From contig JAHDYR010000005.1 of assembly GCA_019828565.1 (NCBI GenBank), positions 1,377,937 through 1,441,936 on the forward strand: DNA of 64,000 nt, given 5' to 3'. This DNA comes from Carpediemonas membranifera BICM (taxonomy: Eukaryota > Protista > Fornicata). The position numbers and the translations under genes were made by a program. Position 1 is the first letter of the stretch, and every line of letters starts with the position of its first letter. Of this stretch, positions 11,713-25,476 are shown one piece after another. The notes beneath the pieces are model-generated. The model searched no databases. It was not told the origin of the DNA and saw nothing but the letters and a program-made list of their open reading frames with translations.

Positions 11713-12273
11713 GCGGACCATGCGGATCCCCAGTCGCCCGTCCGCGGGGCGGAGCTTGGCGGCGGAGTGGCGGCCAGACTGAGCGCCCTCCGCCGAATGG
11801 CATCTCGCGTCGGAGCGCCACGTGCGCCCCGGGGCCCTTGGTGCTCGGTGTGCAGTTTATGGTCAGGCTTATCCTGCACCACAGATTGCGCGAAAAGCCG
11901 ATGTCCGTCGAAGAACGTCTGGAAGCACTCGAAAAGAGCAACAAGGAGCAAGAAGAGGAAAATGCTACTCTCAGAGCCGAATTGGACTATCTTCGCGAAG
12001 CACGCGAAGAGCTCGATGATCCTCCGCACTCAGAAGTCATTTTGAAGGAGTTCAAGGCCTGGAACCACTTCTCCACTGAAGTCAAACGGGAAATTATGGC
12101 TTTGGACGAAGAAGCTACGACTGGCGACGTCCTAGAGCTCGTTAAGTCCAAGATTGATTTCCGACTCCGCTACCTCAAGACCCTTGTTGTGGTAACACAC
12201 GACGGCGCTCGAGTCAGTGCAGTTTATGTAAAGAGAATTCCGTTTGCCGCCGCATAAGTAATTACTTTGCTTA

Positions 12274-13670
12274 ATGGTAAGCTTGAGCATCGATTATTCA
12301 TTCCCTAGCATCAAAGGATCTTACGCAAAAACGCGTTCGTGCCTTCAAGCGTGAAGTGAGAGTCTTTAAGACGCGCCATCCTGACTTCAAGATAGCTCTA
12401 CTACTGTGCGATTCCCTTCAAAAGGAGATTGAGATTCATTACGGCCTCAAGAGAGCCGAAGATCTCTCCGAAGAACAAGTCTTCGACTTCCTCACGAAGG
12501 AGTCCATGCCGAAGAGCTTGAGCACCCTCAAAACTCAGCTTAAGCAGCTTCAGTGCTCCACTACAGCGATCAGCAAACTCCCACTCACCACTTGCGTGCG
12601 CGAGTTCATCGCTGACTTCATGGAGCTTGCTGAGCTCGCCGAGACCGTCGCCCTCAATGACGACGCGACTCGAGCCATGATCCCTCTTTACGGTCTTAAG
12701 TCCGCCGAAGAGGCTTTTTATCGACGAAGACGGTACCGCTAAGAAGCGTACGGTCCAACGTCAGTTCACGGTGGCAGAGGCCGCGCGCCTCCGCGCCGAC
12801 AAGTTCGATAAGGTTGCAGGAGATCTTCCTTAAGCGAATCAAGCCTAAGGCACTCTTTGAGCGCCTTGATCTAGAGTCCAAGCTCTGCGAGGCCAAGACT
12901 CTTACCTCTCTGGTTGCGGTGGCACGTGCTGTTGCCAAGGCCGAGGAGGCTCACCCAACCCCCGACCCGAGCGGCGGGGGCGAGCCTCCTAATAACAACA
13001 TCAGTCTTAAGGGCAGCGCGCCACAGACCCAGAAATCAGAGACGCCCTCCACGGTGCTGCCTGGCAAGAGAAAGATGCGCCCTTGCCGGCACTGCGGACA
13101 GATGCATTACGACAATCTGTGTCCCACTCTCAGCGTCAACAAGCCAGAGTCCAATAAGCGTAGTGCCCCGCCGTTGAAGACGTACCCAAAGAGAACCGGC
13201 GACCACACCCTTGCACCCTTCGGAAGCAATGGAGGCAGGAGACGAGGCGCTGACGACGAAGGCCATTGTAAATGGCAGAGACTATATCATGGTCGTGGAC
13301 ACTGGGGCCACTCATCCGTTCATCCCCGAGAACACACTACGAGAGATGAAGGAGCACGACCCAGGCATCAAGACAATCCCATGTCCGACCTTTAGAGTAA
13401 GAGTCGCGGGAGGGGCCATCGTGACAGGAAAGACAGCCGAAGAGCTCACGATCACCTTACCAGACATCGGACCGCGCGTCCTGATTGTCACGATCCGAAT
13501 GCTTGTGATCCCAGGATCGGGACGCATGCTCCTCGGATGTAGCGCTCTCAGAGCCCTCGGGCTGCTCAGCGACGAAGGCCTACACATATATAAGCCGCAG
13601 ACGCCCTCGCAGGCGACTGACGGCGACGACGATATCGCGCTCGACCACCCGTACCTCGCTTGTGCAGTGG
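12274..13670 (+). CDS. Element A gag and aspartic protease (several frameshifts)
   Basis: Knuckle CRHCGQMHYDNLC; protease VVDTGATHPFI and LLGCSAL; continues in frame at 18545 (LACAV|EDEG). Confidence 0.85.
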
Positions 13671-16600
13671 TGTGCCGTGTTACGAATGAGTTTTATGCAA
13701 CCAACTCCCGCAGTTTAGGGTCACACTTCCCCCCATGCGGACGCATTAACGGCGCCCGGAACTGCGGAACTTCTTCTTGGCGGCGGCGAACGCGGCTTCA
13801 TGCTCTGGATGAGCGACGAGGTAATCATCGAGAGCCGCTAGCTGGTCATAGTACCGGTTATAGGGTACATAGGAGTCTTCGTCGGGTGTGAGGCCTTCCC
13901 AACGGATGAGGAGCTCCAATGAGCCGTTCTTCTTCTTCTTGTGACCGACGATCTCCTTGACGGGCTGTTCGCCTTGCTCGAAAGCGGCGATCCGCTCGAG
14001 CTCGGTGTCGGATAAATCGGTCTCGAATCGGACCAGTCTGTCGGCGTGGACCGTGCTGACGCATCTTGTGACGAGGTCACGGACGCGGTAGGTGTTCGGG
14101 TGTTCGCCCTTCCCCTCCATGCGGAAGGGTCCGCGCAGGGGGGTGTAGATCTTAGCCGGGGGCTTGCCCGGGTAGCGCAGGAGAACGTATTGTTCTCTCT
14201 CCCACGCATGAGTGTCTGCTGTGGCCTTGGCCTTGCGCGCCTCGTACGCGCGAATCTTGACGCGGGCGAGGGCTTGTAGAGCGGCTACGTCCTCCTGGAA
14301 GCGGACAATCTCACCTTCATCAACGCTCCCAGGGGTGCAGCTCTTCGTGGCGTTTGCCAGAGCGATCGGGGCGACCCGTAGCGTCGATTCTTTGCCGAAC
14401 AGCAGTTCGAAAGGGGAGCGACCGGTGGTGGCGTGGCGGGTAGAGTTGATGACGTGTTGAGCGAGCGGTAAATAGGCGGGCCAGTTGCCGTCCTCTGCGT
14501 CTAGGAGGATCGCTCTCATGCGAGACATGATCGTGCCGTTGAGTCGTTCAACGACCGGCCGGATGGTAAGGGGTTGAGAACCTGTGCTGAAGACTGATGA
14601 TGGCGTTACACTCGGCAATGAGGGCGTTACGGAATTGAGTGCCCTGGTCGGTTTGAATCTCCTTTGGGACTCCGAACGTGGACCACACATCCAGCATCGC
14701 TGCTGCAGCCTCTTCGGCCTTTGTAGTAGCGACCGGACGGAGGATCGTGAACTTGGAGAAGACATCCACGATCGTGATGATGTAGGACATGCCGGCCTCT
14801 TCCGGAAGGGGGCCTATTGTGTCAAGCTGGACCGTCTCGAAGGGCTTGAGTCGCTGCGTGGAGTGCCACTTCGTCTTCTCGCGGGCAGGGGGTCTAACCT
14901 TCTGGCAGACGGCGCAACTTCTGAGGGTCTCCCGGACGTCCGATTTCATGTCGGGCCAAGACTGCCCGGCGTTGCGGAGATTTTCCATCGTCTGAGCGAC
15001 GCTGACGTGGCCCTGTGCACCGGCGTGGGCCTGGTTGATGAGGTGACGGTGAGAACTGGAGACCTGTTCGATAGCGGCCTTGAGGTCGTCTCGGTCCTCT
15101 GGGACGCTGCTAGGACGGGACAGCGAGTCGGCGACGACGTTGTGGACGCCCTTGATGTGGGCGATGGAGTAGGGGTATTCGGTCATTGTCAGGCGCCAGC
15201 GAGTAAGCTTTTTCGTGCCCTCCTCGTCCGTCTTTCTCAGGAGCCAAATAAGGTTCCGGTGATCGGTTCTGAGAGAGAACGGCTTAATCTTAAGGAGGGC
15301 TGAGAACTCCGGTCGAGTTACACAGTGGATGATCGCGTAAAGCTCCTGTTCGACGGTCGACCACCTTTGCTGAGTCTCGTCCAAGGTCTTGGAATAAAAG
15401 GCGAGGGGAACCTTCTCAACTCCTTCGCCCTGCCAGAGGACCCCGCCGATCGCTACTGAGGAGGCATCGGTCTCCAAGGTCCAGGGCTTGTCTAAGTCTG
15501 GGAGGGCGAGCGCCGTGTGTTCGGTGACCAGATCTTTCATCTTTGCGAAAGCGGCGTCCTGCTCGGCGCCCCAGGCCACGGGGGACGACTTCCCCGGAGA
15601 GCCCTTAAGCAGCCAGTTGAGAGGTGCTGCGGCGTCGGCGAGATGGGGAATGTAATTCGACAAGTAGTTGAACTTGCCGAGGGACCGACGGAGTTCCGAC
15701 GTGGTGGTCGGAGGAAAGAGGTCGCGGATGGCCTGGACTCGAGCGGGGGCAACGGATCTGCCCATCTCGTTAACGATGAAGCCGCACACCTCAACCTCGG
15801 AGAGGCCGAGGGCACACTTGTCGGCCTTCAGTCTGACGTTGGCCGCCAGTAGATGATCGAAGAGATCCGTGATGGCGCTCTTGAACTCTTCCTCCGTGTG
15901 CGAGTAAGTGAAGATATCGTCGACGTAGGCTTTGGAGCTCTTGCAGTCTTCCAACACCTCGTCCATCGCTCTCTGGAACTTGGCCGGGGCATTCTTGAGC
16001 CCGAAGGGGGTACGAAGAAACTCGTAATGACCGCCTGGGATAGTGAAGGCGGTGAGTGAGACGCTGTCGGGGTCCATACGTTGCTGCCAGTAGCCGCTTC
16101 GGAGGTCGAGCGTGCCGAAGAGTGAGCAGCCGCTTGCCTCATGGACGAAGGAGCGGATATCTGGTGTCGGGTAGCGATCGTCTTCGGTGGCTTCATTCAG
16201 AACGTTATACGCGACGCAGAACCTGTCCTCACCGTTCTTCTTCTTCGCCATCACGTGTGGGGATGAGTACGGCGAGTCACTTGGGCGGATGACTTTTTGT
16301 TGGAGCATCTTGTCGATTTCAGCGGCGGCGCTGGACGCTTGGGAACCCTTAAGGGGGCGTGGTCTTGCCTTCGGGAGCCTGTAGTCGCCAGGCTTCAGGG
16401 TGATCTTGTGTGGACGCAACTCGCTGCCGTCCTCTGGCAGCTCGCCGAAGAGCTCGCGGCGTTCGTATAGGAAGCCTTCGAGCCACTTAGTGAGGTCTGG
16501 ATTGTCATCGTAAGGGATTCGGACCTTCTTCCACTCGTTATCAACATCAATCTCATCTGTGCAGGAGTCGAGATACGGGTGTGGAGGCAGATTGTCGTTG

Positions 16601-18540
16601 TCGGAGATGGTGGCGGATGACGGGATCAGCAGTCTGTCGTTCATGAGGTAGCCCAACCTTCTGAGGAGGTCGCGGCCGATCAGGACCTTTCGGCGTTTGG
16701 CGCGGATCACCATCAGCAATGCGGTGGCCTGCACGGTCTTGCCATCGATAGACGGGAGAGTGATGTCGACCTTTGCGGCCTTACCGATGGAGATGACCTC
16801 GTCGCCGGCGCCGAAGAGCTCGACTGAGGTGTCGATGAGCTGGTAATTCGGGACCTTCGCTAGTGCGGGCTCCGAGATGACTGAGACGCAGGCTCCGATA
16901 TCGAACTTCGTCTTGATTTGGACACCGTTGATCGTGGCCGGGACGTTGATGGGGTCGTTGTCGATCTCAACAGCCCCCACCTCATAGACGTCACCTTCGT
17001 CCTCGGACTCGGCGTCATCTGAGGCGTTGTTGTCGACTTCATGGACGTCGCGCTGGCCGCGCGAGTTGCGAAGCTTTGAGGAGTCCCTCAGGAACATGTT
17101 GCCGGCCCGACGGTCGGACTGCGTACCGCTGGTCTGCTTCTGGTCGTTCTTCCGCGGCTGAGAGGAGCCGGAGGTGCCCTTGGACTGGTTGTCCTTCTGC
17201 CGTGCGAGGAACCTGCATGACTCTGTCGTATGGTTACTGTTCCACCCATGAGACTTGCACCACTTGTTGAAGTGCTGTGGGATGGCATACTTGTGCTTGT
17301 CTTTGAACTGGAGATAGGGATCGCTTGTATGGGGGCAGTACTGTCGGCTTTTTGCTTGCCAGGGGCGCGACGGCCACTGTCTTTCTGGTCGGCGGGTTGG
17401 GATGTTACCGCGAACGCCCGCCACGGGACAATAACGCGTTCGTCGTGATCGACGTCGAGGTTCTCGAGGCGAGAAAGAAGATCGTCGATTGACTCGGCTG
17501 GGTCCTCGATGATGTCCTCGTAAAGAGCCTCGGCGTCCTTGCTATAGCCCTTGAGGAAGATCGACCCCAGTAAGCGCTCGGTCGAGTTGTAGGTTAGTGC
17601 CTCGATGTCTGGGACGCATGGATCGTAAGCGTTGAGGATCCTACGTAGCTTGAAGACGGCGAGTCGGTGCTCGACGGCTGGGCCGAAGAATCTAAGGCCG
17701 GATGCCTTGTCGCGCACCATCTTCAGTCTCGATCCCATGTCGAGGGTCGGTAGGAGCGTATAAACGATGTAGGGGATGATCGCCTTTGCCTCGGCGCGGA
17801 GGTAAGCGTAAACGTCGGGGAAATCAGCACGCTTTGGCCAGGCGGCCAGGTCGGGCTTCTCATCTATGGTGGGCTCCGGGACCTTGTCAGAGAAATCTGG
17901 GAGTGTCATGTCGGTCCCGTCAGGCACGGGGACAGTCGGGGTTGCGGCGCTGAAGAGGTCGGACCATCTGTTGGCCGCGGGGTCCTTCATGTACGAGGTG
18001 ATGAATGTCCTGGCCTTCTCAGTGGCCTCCGGGATTGCGCGTTGTATCTCTGCCGAGATTGACTCCTTTGTCAGGCTGGTGAGGGCCGGGTCCTTGAAGT
18101 TTGAAGAGACCCGCACACACTCTGCGTACTGCGCTCGCTTGCAGGCCGCCTCAAAGGCAGCAGCGAAACGCTTGGCGATTGCATCTGCGGTGGGATTGTG
18201 GGATATAGCTTGCGGAGCCTCGTCCGAACGGGCCTGAGCTCGGGCTTCGGCGTCAGACATAATGGAGGTCTGGAGGCTCTCAAGAGTGGGAAATTTCGCT
18301 GTCAGACGCCAATCACGCTTTAACTTCGCGACCGTGTCCGCTGTGAGCGTTTGGATGAAAGAAGTTGGGTTTCTCTCGTGGATAATTGCAGTGGTGTAAT
18401 CCGCGAACGGCTCTCCCGGCACACTGGATTGCGCTTTCTGGATCATTAGTCGTGAATTGCTTCATTTCACCGGTAATATCGATATTGTGCCGTGTTACTA
18501 ATGAGTTTTATGCAACCAACTCCCGCAGTTTAGGGTCACA
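13671..18540 (-). mobile_element. Ty3/Gypsy chromovirus-type LTR element B (4870 bp), nested in A between PR and RT
   Basis: 55-bp LTRs 13671-13725 and 18486-18540 (1 mismatch); TSD GTGG; PPT CATGGGGGGAAG on minus strand. Confidence 0.95.
13746..18446 (-). CDS. Element B gag-pol (frame breaks near 17420 and 14560)
   Basis: CKSHGWNSNHTTESC knuckle; FDIGA protease; LDLRSGYWQ, PFGLKNAP, YVDD RT; TDAS RH; HHCC and D,D(35)E integrase; GPF; chromodomain LLIRWEGL. Confidence 0.93.
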
Positions 18541-18544
18541 GTGG

Positions 18545-19457
18545 AGGACGAAGGCAGTGACCAGGTCAGCCTCATCAACATCCCAGACTCCGAGATAGCT
18601 GGCGAGATAAGAACTCTAGCGGAGAAATACGCGCAGATATTCGACCCACACCTCCCGGAGAGCAACGGTCTGAAGCCTATGACCATAGAGCTGACTGAGG
18701 ACACCACAGTTCGAGTGGGCCCGCGCCCCTTGAACGCTCAGAAGAGACATCTAGTGGAAGAGGAGGTGGCAAGACTGGAGAAGGAGGAGATAGTGCGACC
18801 GAGTGTCGGACCGTTTGCCTCCCCAGTCGTAGTAGTGTCGGGTGGACACAAGGGGTCTGACAAGATCCGATTATGCATAGACTATAAGAGTCTGAACGCT
18901 ATCACAGTGAAGGACCACTACCCACTGCCGAACATCCAGGAGTTCGTGCGAGAGGCCGCAGGGTGCAAGTACTACGCGACACTTGACTTGCGTCAAGGGT
19001 ACTACCAGCTCTCCATGGCGGAGGAGGACGTACATAAGACAGCGTTCATCACCCCGGACAACTACATGGAGTTCTTGCGCTGCCCGTTCGGGCTAACCAA
19101 TGCCCCATCCCGCTTCCAGCGGGAGATGGACAGGGTGTATGCCCCACTGCTACACAAGGGGACCTCAGTATACATCGACGATATCTTCGTTTACGCTCGT
19201 TCGAAGGAAGAGTTCTTAGAGATCCTTGAGAGGGTCTTCCAGAGAACTGACGAATTCAACTTGCGACTCAAGGCGCCGAAATGCACGATAGGGGCAGCCG
19301 AAGCTGAGGTCGTGGGGTACATACTGGACGCGCAAGGGCAACGACTAGCCCCATCGCGTATCGAGGCAGTGCTAGACATGCCACCGCCGACCAACTACAA
19401 GGCCTTAGAGCGGACGCTAGGCTCCCTTAACTACGTGTCGCGCTTTGTGGACGACTC
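18545..19457 (+). CDS. Element A reverse transcriptase segment
   Basis: LDLRQGYYQ, PFGLTNAP, YIDD; joins in frame to 25477 (FVDDS|SRVLTPL). Confidence 0.93.
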
Positions 19458-19557
19458 TGTAGTCAGTATTAATATCTACCAATATCCCTGGGAGGGTCCA
19501 AACCTCTTTTTACTCGTAAACTCTTTCTCTTCCAAACCACAGTACTAGTACTTACCT

Positions 19558-22500
19558 ATGGGTAGAGAACAGAAAAAACAAGCGCCGCTCCTGAAAGAGG
19601 CAACATTCAGCGCTTTCGTAGCTTTTACGACGTCACTGCGTGACTTTAAGGCTAGAGGAGGTAAGGCGAAGCTCCGCAAGCTTATAAGCCCGGAGATCCA
19701 GTCCTATGCATCACAAGTGCTAGGCTTAGAGACCCTAGAGGAGGTTCCGCTTCCTCAGGGTGATCAACATGACGACGAACCTTCCACTTCATCACGCAAG
19801 CTCAGAGAGAAGATCATCATGCAGCGACTCGCCGCTGCCTTGCGCCCACCAGAAAGGAACAATGCCTGAACCTTATCAGGCTGCGCATCGCGGCGTTCAC
19901 GCCGCTCGAGGTGTCGAAGCTCAACTCGCAGTTCAACACCTTGTTGGAGTGCCTTAACATGGACGAGGATGACACCATTCGTGAAGCCTACTTGCGGGCC
20001 TTTGCTGTGAAGGGCCAATCCCTCTACTACAGACTGAAGGAGCAGACTGAGGGTTGCTCACTGGCGGAGACCCAGCAATACACCATGAAGACGGCACGCG
20101 ACGTAGCCGAGTCGGCTGAGTACCTTGCTCCGTTCACCGAGGCGATCCGCTCCGATCAGTCGCGCCGTCCGACAGCGCCCGTGCCAGGCGCCCATCCGCA
20201 ACGCGGCCAGAGCCGTAACCAGCGCGACCGTCGTGACCGCCGAGATGACCGCCGAGACCGCCCCTACGACCGTCGTGACCGCCCGCATGACCATCACCGC
20301 CCGGACAAGCGGTCCCGCGATCGGGCTCGCCCTACCAGCACGACCCCAACCTGTTACAACTGCGGGGGCAAGGGCCATTTCAGCCCCGAGTGCCGGAAGC
20401 CCAAGTCCAAGTGTGAGAAGTGCGGGCGCGAGGGCCACAAGAGAGAGTTCTGTGACCGTATAAAGGTCCAGAACTATTCTTATTTGTCTTGTTTCGCGGC
20501 GTCTAGCAAACGCAGAGCGCAGGCTCTTCCGATTGTGTCAGGATCCATATACAGGACCAGCGCAGAGTCGATGTTGTTCGACTGTGGCGCGTCAGCAACC
20601 TTCATATCGCCGCAAGTGGCCGAGAGGTCCGGCGAAAAGATCCTGCATTGTGACCCGGTCGAGGTGACGACACCGGCTGGAGTCATCACAGTCGACCAGA
20701 CTATTTCCACCGAAGTAACCTTTGCCAAATCAGCTCTGGTCCCCCGTGGGTGCACCTTTACTACTCGTGCGTACCTCCTACCCTCAGAGTACGATCTAAT
20801 CATTGGGTACCCTAATATGGTCACCCTGGGGATCCTTCCTCAGATTGACGACTGCGAGGAGTCTGACGCCAATGACGCCGAGCAGGCTGAAGACGTCTCA
20901 ACGGTCATTACTCCCCAGAAGTTGAGCCTATTCACCTTGTCTGACAAGTCGTCTTCCCTTCAGGACAGACTGCTCGCGCGGTTTGTCGGCCTGTTCGAGG
21001 ACAGAGCAGGGCGTCCGAGTAAGCTCATCCCTTACGATCTAGTCTTGTCTGATGATGAACCCGTCTTTAGCCGCGAGTTCTTCATGCCGCCGGAGAAGAA
21101 GACACTTCTCCAGGAACACCTTGACGACCTGTCCCGACATGGCTTCATCCAGCCATCAGCATCGGCTTACTCCTCACCGGCATTCTTGGTCCCAAAGGGG
21201 AAGGACCGTACCCGGTTCGTTATCGACTTCCGTTTGGTCAACGCGAAGACTCCCCGTTCAACTACCCTATCCCGATCATAGAGGATTGTCTAGCTAAGCT
21301 CAGGGGTAATACCATCTTTGCTACGCTCGACTGCAAGGCCGGCTACCATCAGGTGGCACTGACGGACCGTTCTCGTCCTCTGACCGCCTTCGGGACTCCC
21401 CTTGGACGGTTTGAGTACACGACTATGCCCTTTGGTCTGCGTAACGCTGGTTCTCATTTCCAGTGGGCCATGGAGCAGGCTTTCTCCGACCTGATCTCGG
21501 CAGGGAAGTGCCTTATTTACATCGATGACATTATTGTCATGGGTCGGGACGAACCTTCCTACATAAGGAACCTATGGGACGTCCTGAAACGTTGCCAAGA
21601 GTATGACCTACACCTAGGTCGCGATAAGTGCGTCTTCGCCGCGGCTGAGGTCGAGTTCCTGGGTCGACTCGTGTCCGGAGACACCGTGAGGATTGCCGAA
21701 GACCGCATCGACGACATTAAGAAGCTGAAACTACCGACCAGCAAGCGGTCCGCACAGGCACTCGTCGGTTTCCTCAATTATTTCCGTGACTTCGTGCCCA
21801 ACTTCGCGTCCCGAGCTCATCCTCTGTTGCAGGTGTCGGCTGGCAAGGCCGAACCCGGTGGGCCGGGTCAGCAAGCGGCCCTGGGCGACGTTATCGCCGA
21901 GCTCCTTAAGCGGGTCTCCCTCGTTCACTTCAAGACGGACGCGACACATGTCCTCATGACCGATGCCTCAGACGTGGGATGCGGCGCCGTATTACTACAG
22001 GACGGGCAGCCGATCGCTTTCATGTCCCACGCATTCTCCGCGGTCCAGACTAGGTGGAGTACCACAGAGCAGGAAGCCTACGCAATCATCCTGGCCGTCC
22101 AGCGTTGGCGGAAATTCCTCTCGTGGACGCACTTTACCATCCGTACTGATCACCGCAACCTGCTGTTCATGGCCAAGTCCATCAACCCCAAGGTCCGTAG
22201 ATGGTACGACCAACTAGCTGACCTCGATTTCACCATACGTCACGTTCCGGGTGTTGACAACGGGGCAGCAGATGGCCTTTCTCGCGTGTTCGCTAACACC
22301 CTCGATACCCAAGTCGCGGACAGGCTGCAGAAGGCGCATCACTTCGCCGGGGCTCACTTGTCCGCCTGGGCGACCAAGAACCTTCTTCGAGACTGGGGCG
22401 TACGTGTCCGCCAGAAGGACGTGGACGACTATATCGCCAAGTGCCCAATATGCCAGTTAAGGCGTAAGCCCCCGGCCTCTTCCGATGCGGGTTTGCACAC

Positions 22501-23596
22501 CGCGGTCGAGCACCCCTTCGACCGAGTGGCCATGGACACTATGTCCGCTACCCCGTGCACGGTCGACGGCACGACCTATAAGTATATCCTCGTTGTAATA
22601 GACATGTGCTCACGTTGGACTGAGCTTGTCCCGCTCCAGACTACCCGAGCGGTCGAGACGTCCAGGGCGTTTGTCAATAACTGGGTCCTCCGATACGGCG
22701 TACCGAAGGTACTGCAGACGGATGGAGGATCCCAGTTCGTCAACGCAGTCTTTAACGACCTGAGTGCCCGACTCGGGTTTACAACGAGAAAGACGACGGC
22801 TCATCATCCCCAGTCGAATGGGTTAGTAGAGCGAGCGAATGTGTCGGTTAAGTCCATCCTGACAGCGCGTCGTTACCAGTTTAGATCCAATGATTGGGTC
22901 CACAGCTTACCGATTGCCCAGTACCTTGTTAACTCGACCCCTCGAGTCCCTACTCGACTCTCCCCAGCCGAGATCCTGTATGGCACCGAGATGCGGGTGC
23001 CAAAGGACATTACCGTTATCGCGCCGGGTGAGACGTATATCGTTGACCAGCAAGAGGACTGGCTGTCCGAGGCCAAGGCGTACCGGCTCATGGCTGCCGA
23101 GCGCATTAAGAGCAAGCGGCTCCTACAGCAGTACAGGCCGGACGCCCGTGCCACGGTTTCGACTCCGTACGTCCTGGTGGCTTACCCCGACAGACCACCC
23201 GACAAATTCGCCGCCGGCCTGCGTGGCCCAATGGCACTAGTGTCGGTGCACCAGGAGTACAACAAGGTTGTTGCCTATACTGTGCGTGACCTTGAATCAC
23301 TGAAGCAGTTCCGAGTCGACGCCTCCCGGGTCCTCCCATTCGATCACGGCGACATGTCCTTGGAGCAAGTTGCTCGCTTGGCTAACACAGTGGCGGCCGA
23401 GTACGTACCGAGCAAGATTGTGAAGTCCCGGCCCGACTCCGGTCCGGTCGAGAATCGCGAATACTTGGTTGAGTGGCTGGGCTATGAGCCGGACGAAGCT
23501 TCGTGGGAGCCATTCGAGAATGTCGATGGCTGTGACAAGTTTGAGGACTTTCTTGAGCAGAGAGAACTACACCGTGCTGCGCACTCCAGGCAGTAA
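19558..23596 (+). CDS. Element C gag-pol (frameshifts near 19855 and 21255)
   Basis: Two CCHC knuckles; FDCGAS protease; YIDD; TDAS; integrase; chromodomain EY...YLVEWLGY..EASWEP. Confidence 0.93.
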
Positions 23597-23615
23597 ACGG
23601 ATTCTCAGTCAAGAT

Positions 23616-24690
23616 TTATTGGTAGTCGTCATCGGACTCGTCGTCAGGGCCCTTGATCCAGTCCTCGAGCTCAAAGTCGATCAGATACTCGCGAGCCACG
23701 CTGACGGCAGCGAGGGTCTCGTCCAGACCAGTGCAGGTGGGGGCGGTGTAGCCCGCGTACTGAACGTGAAGAATGAGTCGGCGGTCGGATCCAGCCGTCA
23801 GGATCTCGTGACCCAGCACGTCAAGGACCTCGTACTCGCGCTCAGGGTCAGAGACCTGCAGGGCCAGACCGAGCCGCTCCGGCAGGGACGGAAGCTCGTC
23901 CATGGCGCGGAGGTTAGCGACCAGGGCGGCCCAGTGAGTGGCGGTGACTGAGACGTTCTCGCTACGCTCCCCGTGGAGGAACAAGCGGTAGTAGTCTGGG
24001 GCGAGGCCAAGACGGCGACCCGGTACAGGGTGCGGCGGGCCAGGCTCTGGCCGCAGCCGAGAGCGCGGAGAGCGAGAACAGGGTCTCCGGGGTGACGTAC
24101 CTGTTTGAGCCGTTGCCCTTGAGATCGAAAACGCCGGCGTCAACGGCGTCGCGGACTATGCCGAGTCGGTTTCGGCACGGCTGCGAGACGCCTCCGCAGG
24201 AAGCGGAGCGCACGATGCTCTCGCTGGAGCTGGACCAGCAGGCCGGCTGACAGATCGAGCAAGCCGCCTGCGTCCTTGCTCCACAGCGTGCCGGTGGAGA
24301 GGTGATCGAAGATCCTCGAGGGCACCTCAACGAAGTTAACGTAGCCAGCCAAGCACCGTCGAACCACATCGGCGAGCTGGTCTGCCTGCTTCGTGAAGCA
24401 CCTCCATCACACCCCACCGGCACACGGCAGAGCTCCCGAGCGGAAGTTGCCGGCACGGTGAAGATCCTAGGTAAGAAGAATAGAGGCGCACAAACCGCAT
24501 CATGGGCATCTGGGAGGCATTCCGCCGCTCTTGCGGATGGCCCTCTTCTGCAGGGCGCTCATCGTGCGGGCCTTATAGCGTTGCGTCCGAGCAATCGTCG
24601 CAAGGGCATTTCGAGCACCTTGCGATAATCGTCATCAGTTAACTCCATCGAAAGCTCACGAATTTGGTCGAGCGCACGCGTATCCGCCAT
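23616..24690 (-). CDS. Element C antisense accessory ORF with C-terminal degenerate chromodomain (frameshifted)
   Basis: LQVSDPEREYEVLDVLGH...LILHVQYAGY; fragments align with 39344-40672. Confidence 0.65.
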
Positions 24691-25476
24691 GTTTGGCCGC
24701 TTTTCTCAGGAAAAGCGACATATCCTGCACTTTTCCCAAATGACGAATGGAAGTGCCCATAGTGATCCCCATGACGGACTATTCACAATATTTATATCTC
24801 AAACACAGTCCACGAGACTTCTACCGTCCGTGGAGCAGTGCTTATGATGTTGGTTAACTTTCGGTACAGCGCAGAACAAAAAGAGCCAGAACTCGCCAAC
24901 GAAGCCGAATTGGGGCTCGAAAACCCCTTTTCGGGCACTGTGTAAGAATGGGGCGGATCAGCCCAACGTACCAGAACTTTCTGTATGAGCGATGGCGAAA
25001 TGCCTAAAAATGCTCGGGGCCAGAATTCCCGAGTCGAGCGCGAGCCCCAGAGTGCCCGCGAGGGGGCGGGGCTGTGGTACGTCCTTTTATACTTATACAG
25101 GAGCTCCTGAACCCATATCTTAATTAGCAGCGCTGCATAGATCTTTTCCGAATCTTTTGATATCATCCTCGAATCTTTCGGTCACACCTTACTACGCGTA
25201 ATACCTCACCTGGAGGTTGCAATAAGACGTAATCCCAGAAGTTGGTTGTCGTTATCCCGTCGATAATTCCAATAGTGGTTCGGCATGAGCGAGCGTAATC
25301 CCAAGTTCGATTGGTGGCTCTAGCCCCACGTAATACCAGATGTTGGTTGTGGTGATGGCCGCGCGACTGCTTGGCCATGGGGGGGAAGTGTAGTCAGTAT
25401 TAATATCTACCAATATCCCTGGGAGGGTCCAAACCTCTTTTTACTCGTAAACTCTTTCTCTTCCAAACCACAACTC

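Larger units (their letters stand above)
19458..25472 (+). mobile_element. Ty3/Gypsy chromovirus-type LTR element C (6015 bp), nested in A
   Basis: Identical 84-bp LTRs 19458-19541 and 25389-25472; TSD ACTC; PPT CATGGGGGGGAAG. Confidence 0.95.
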
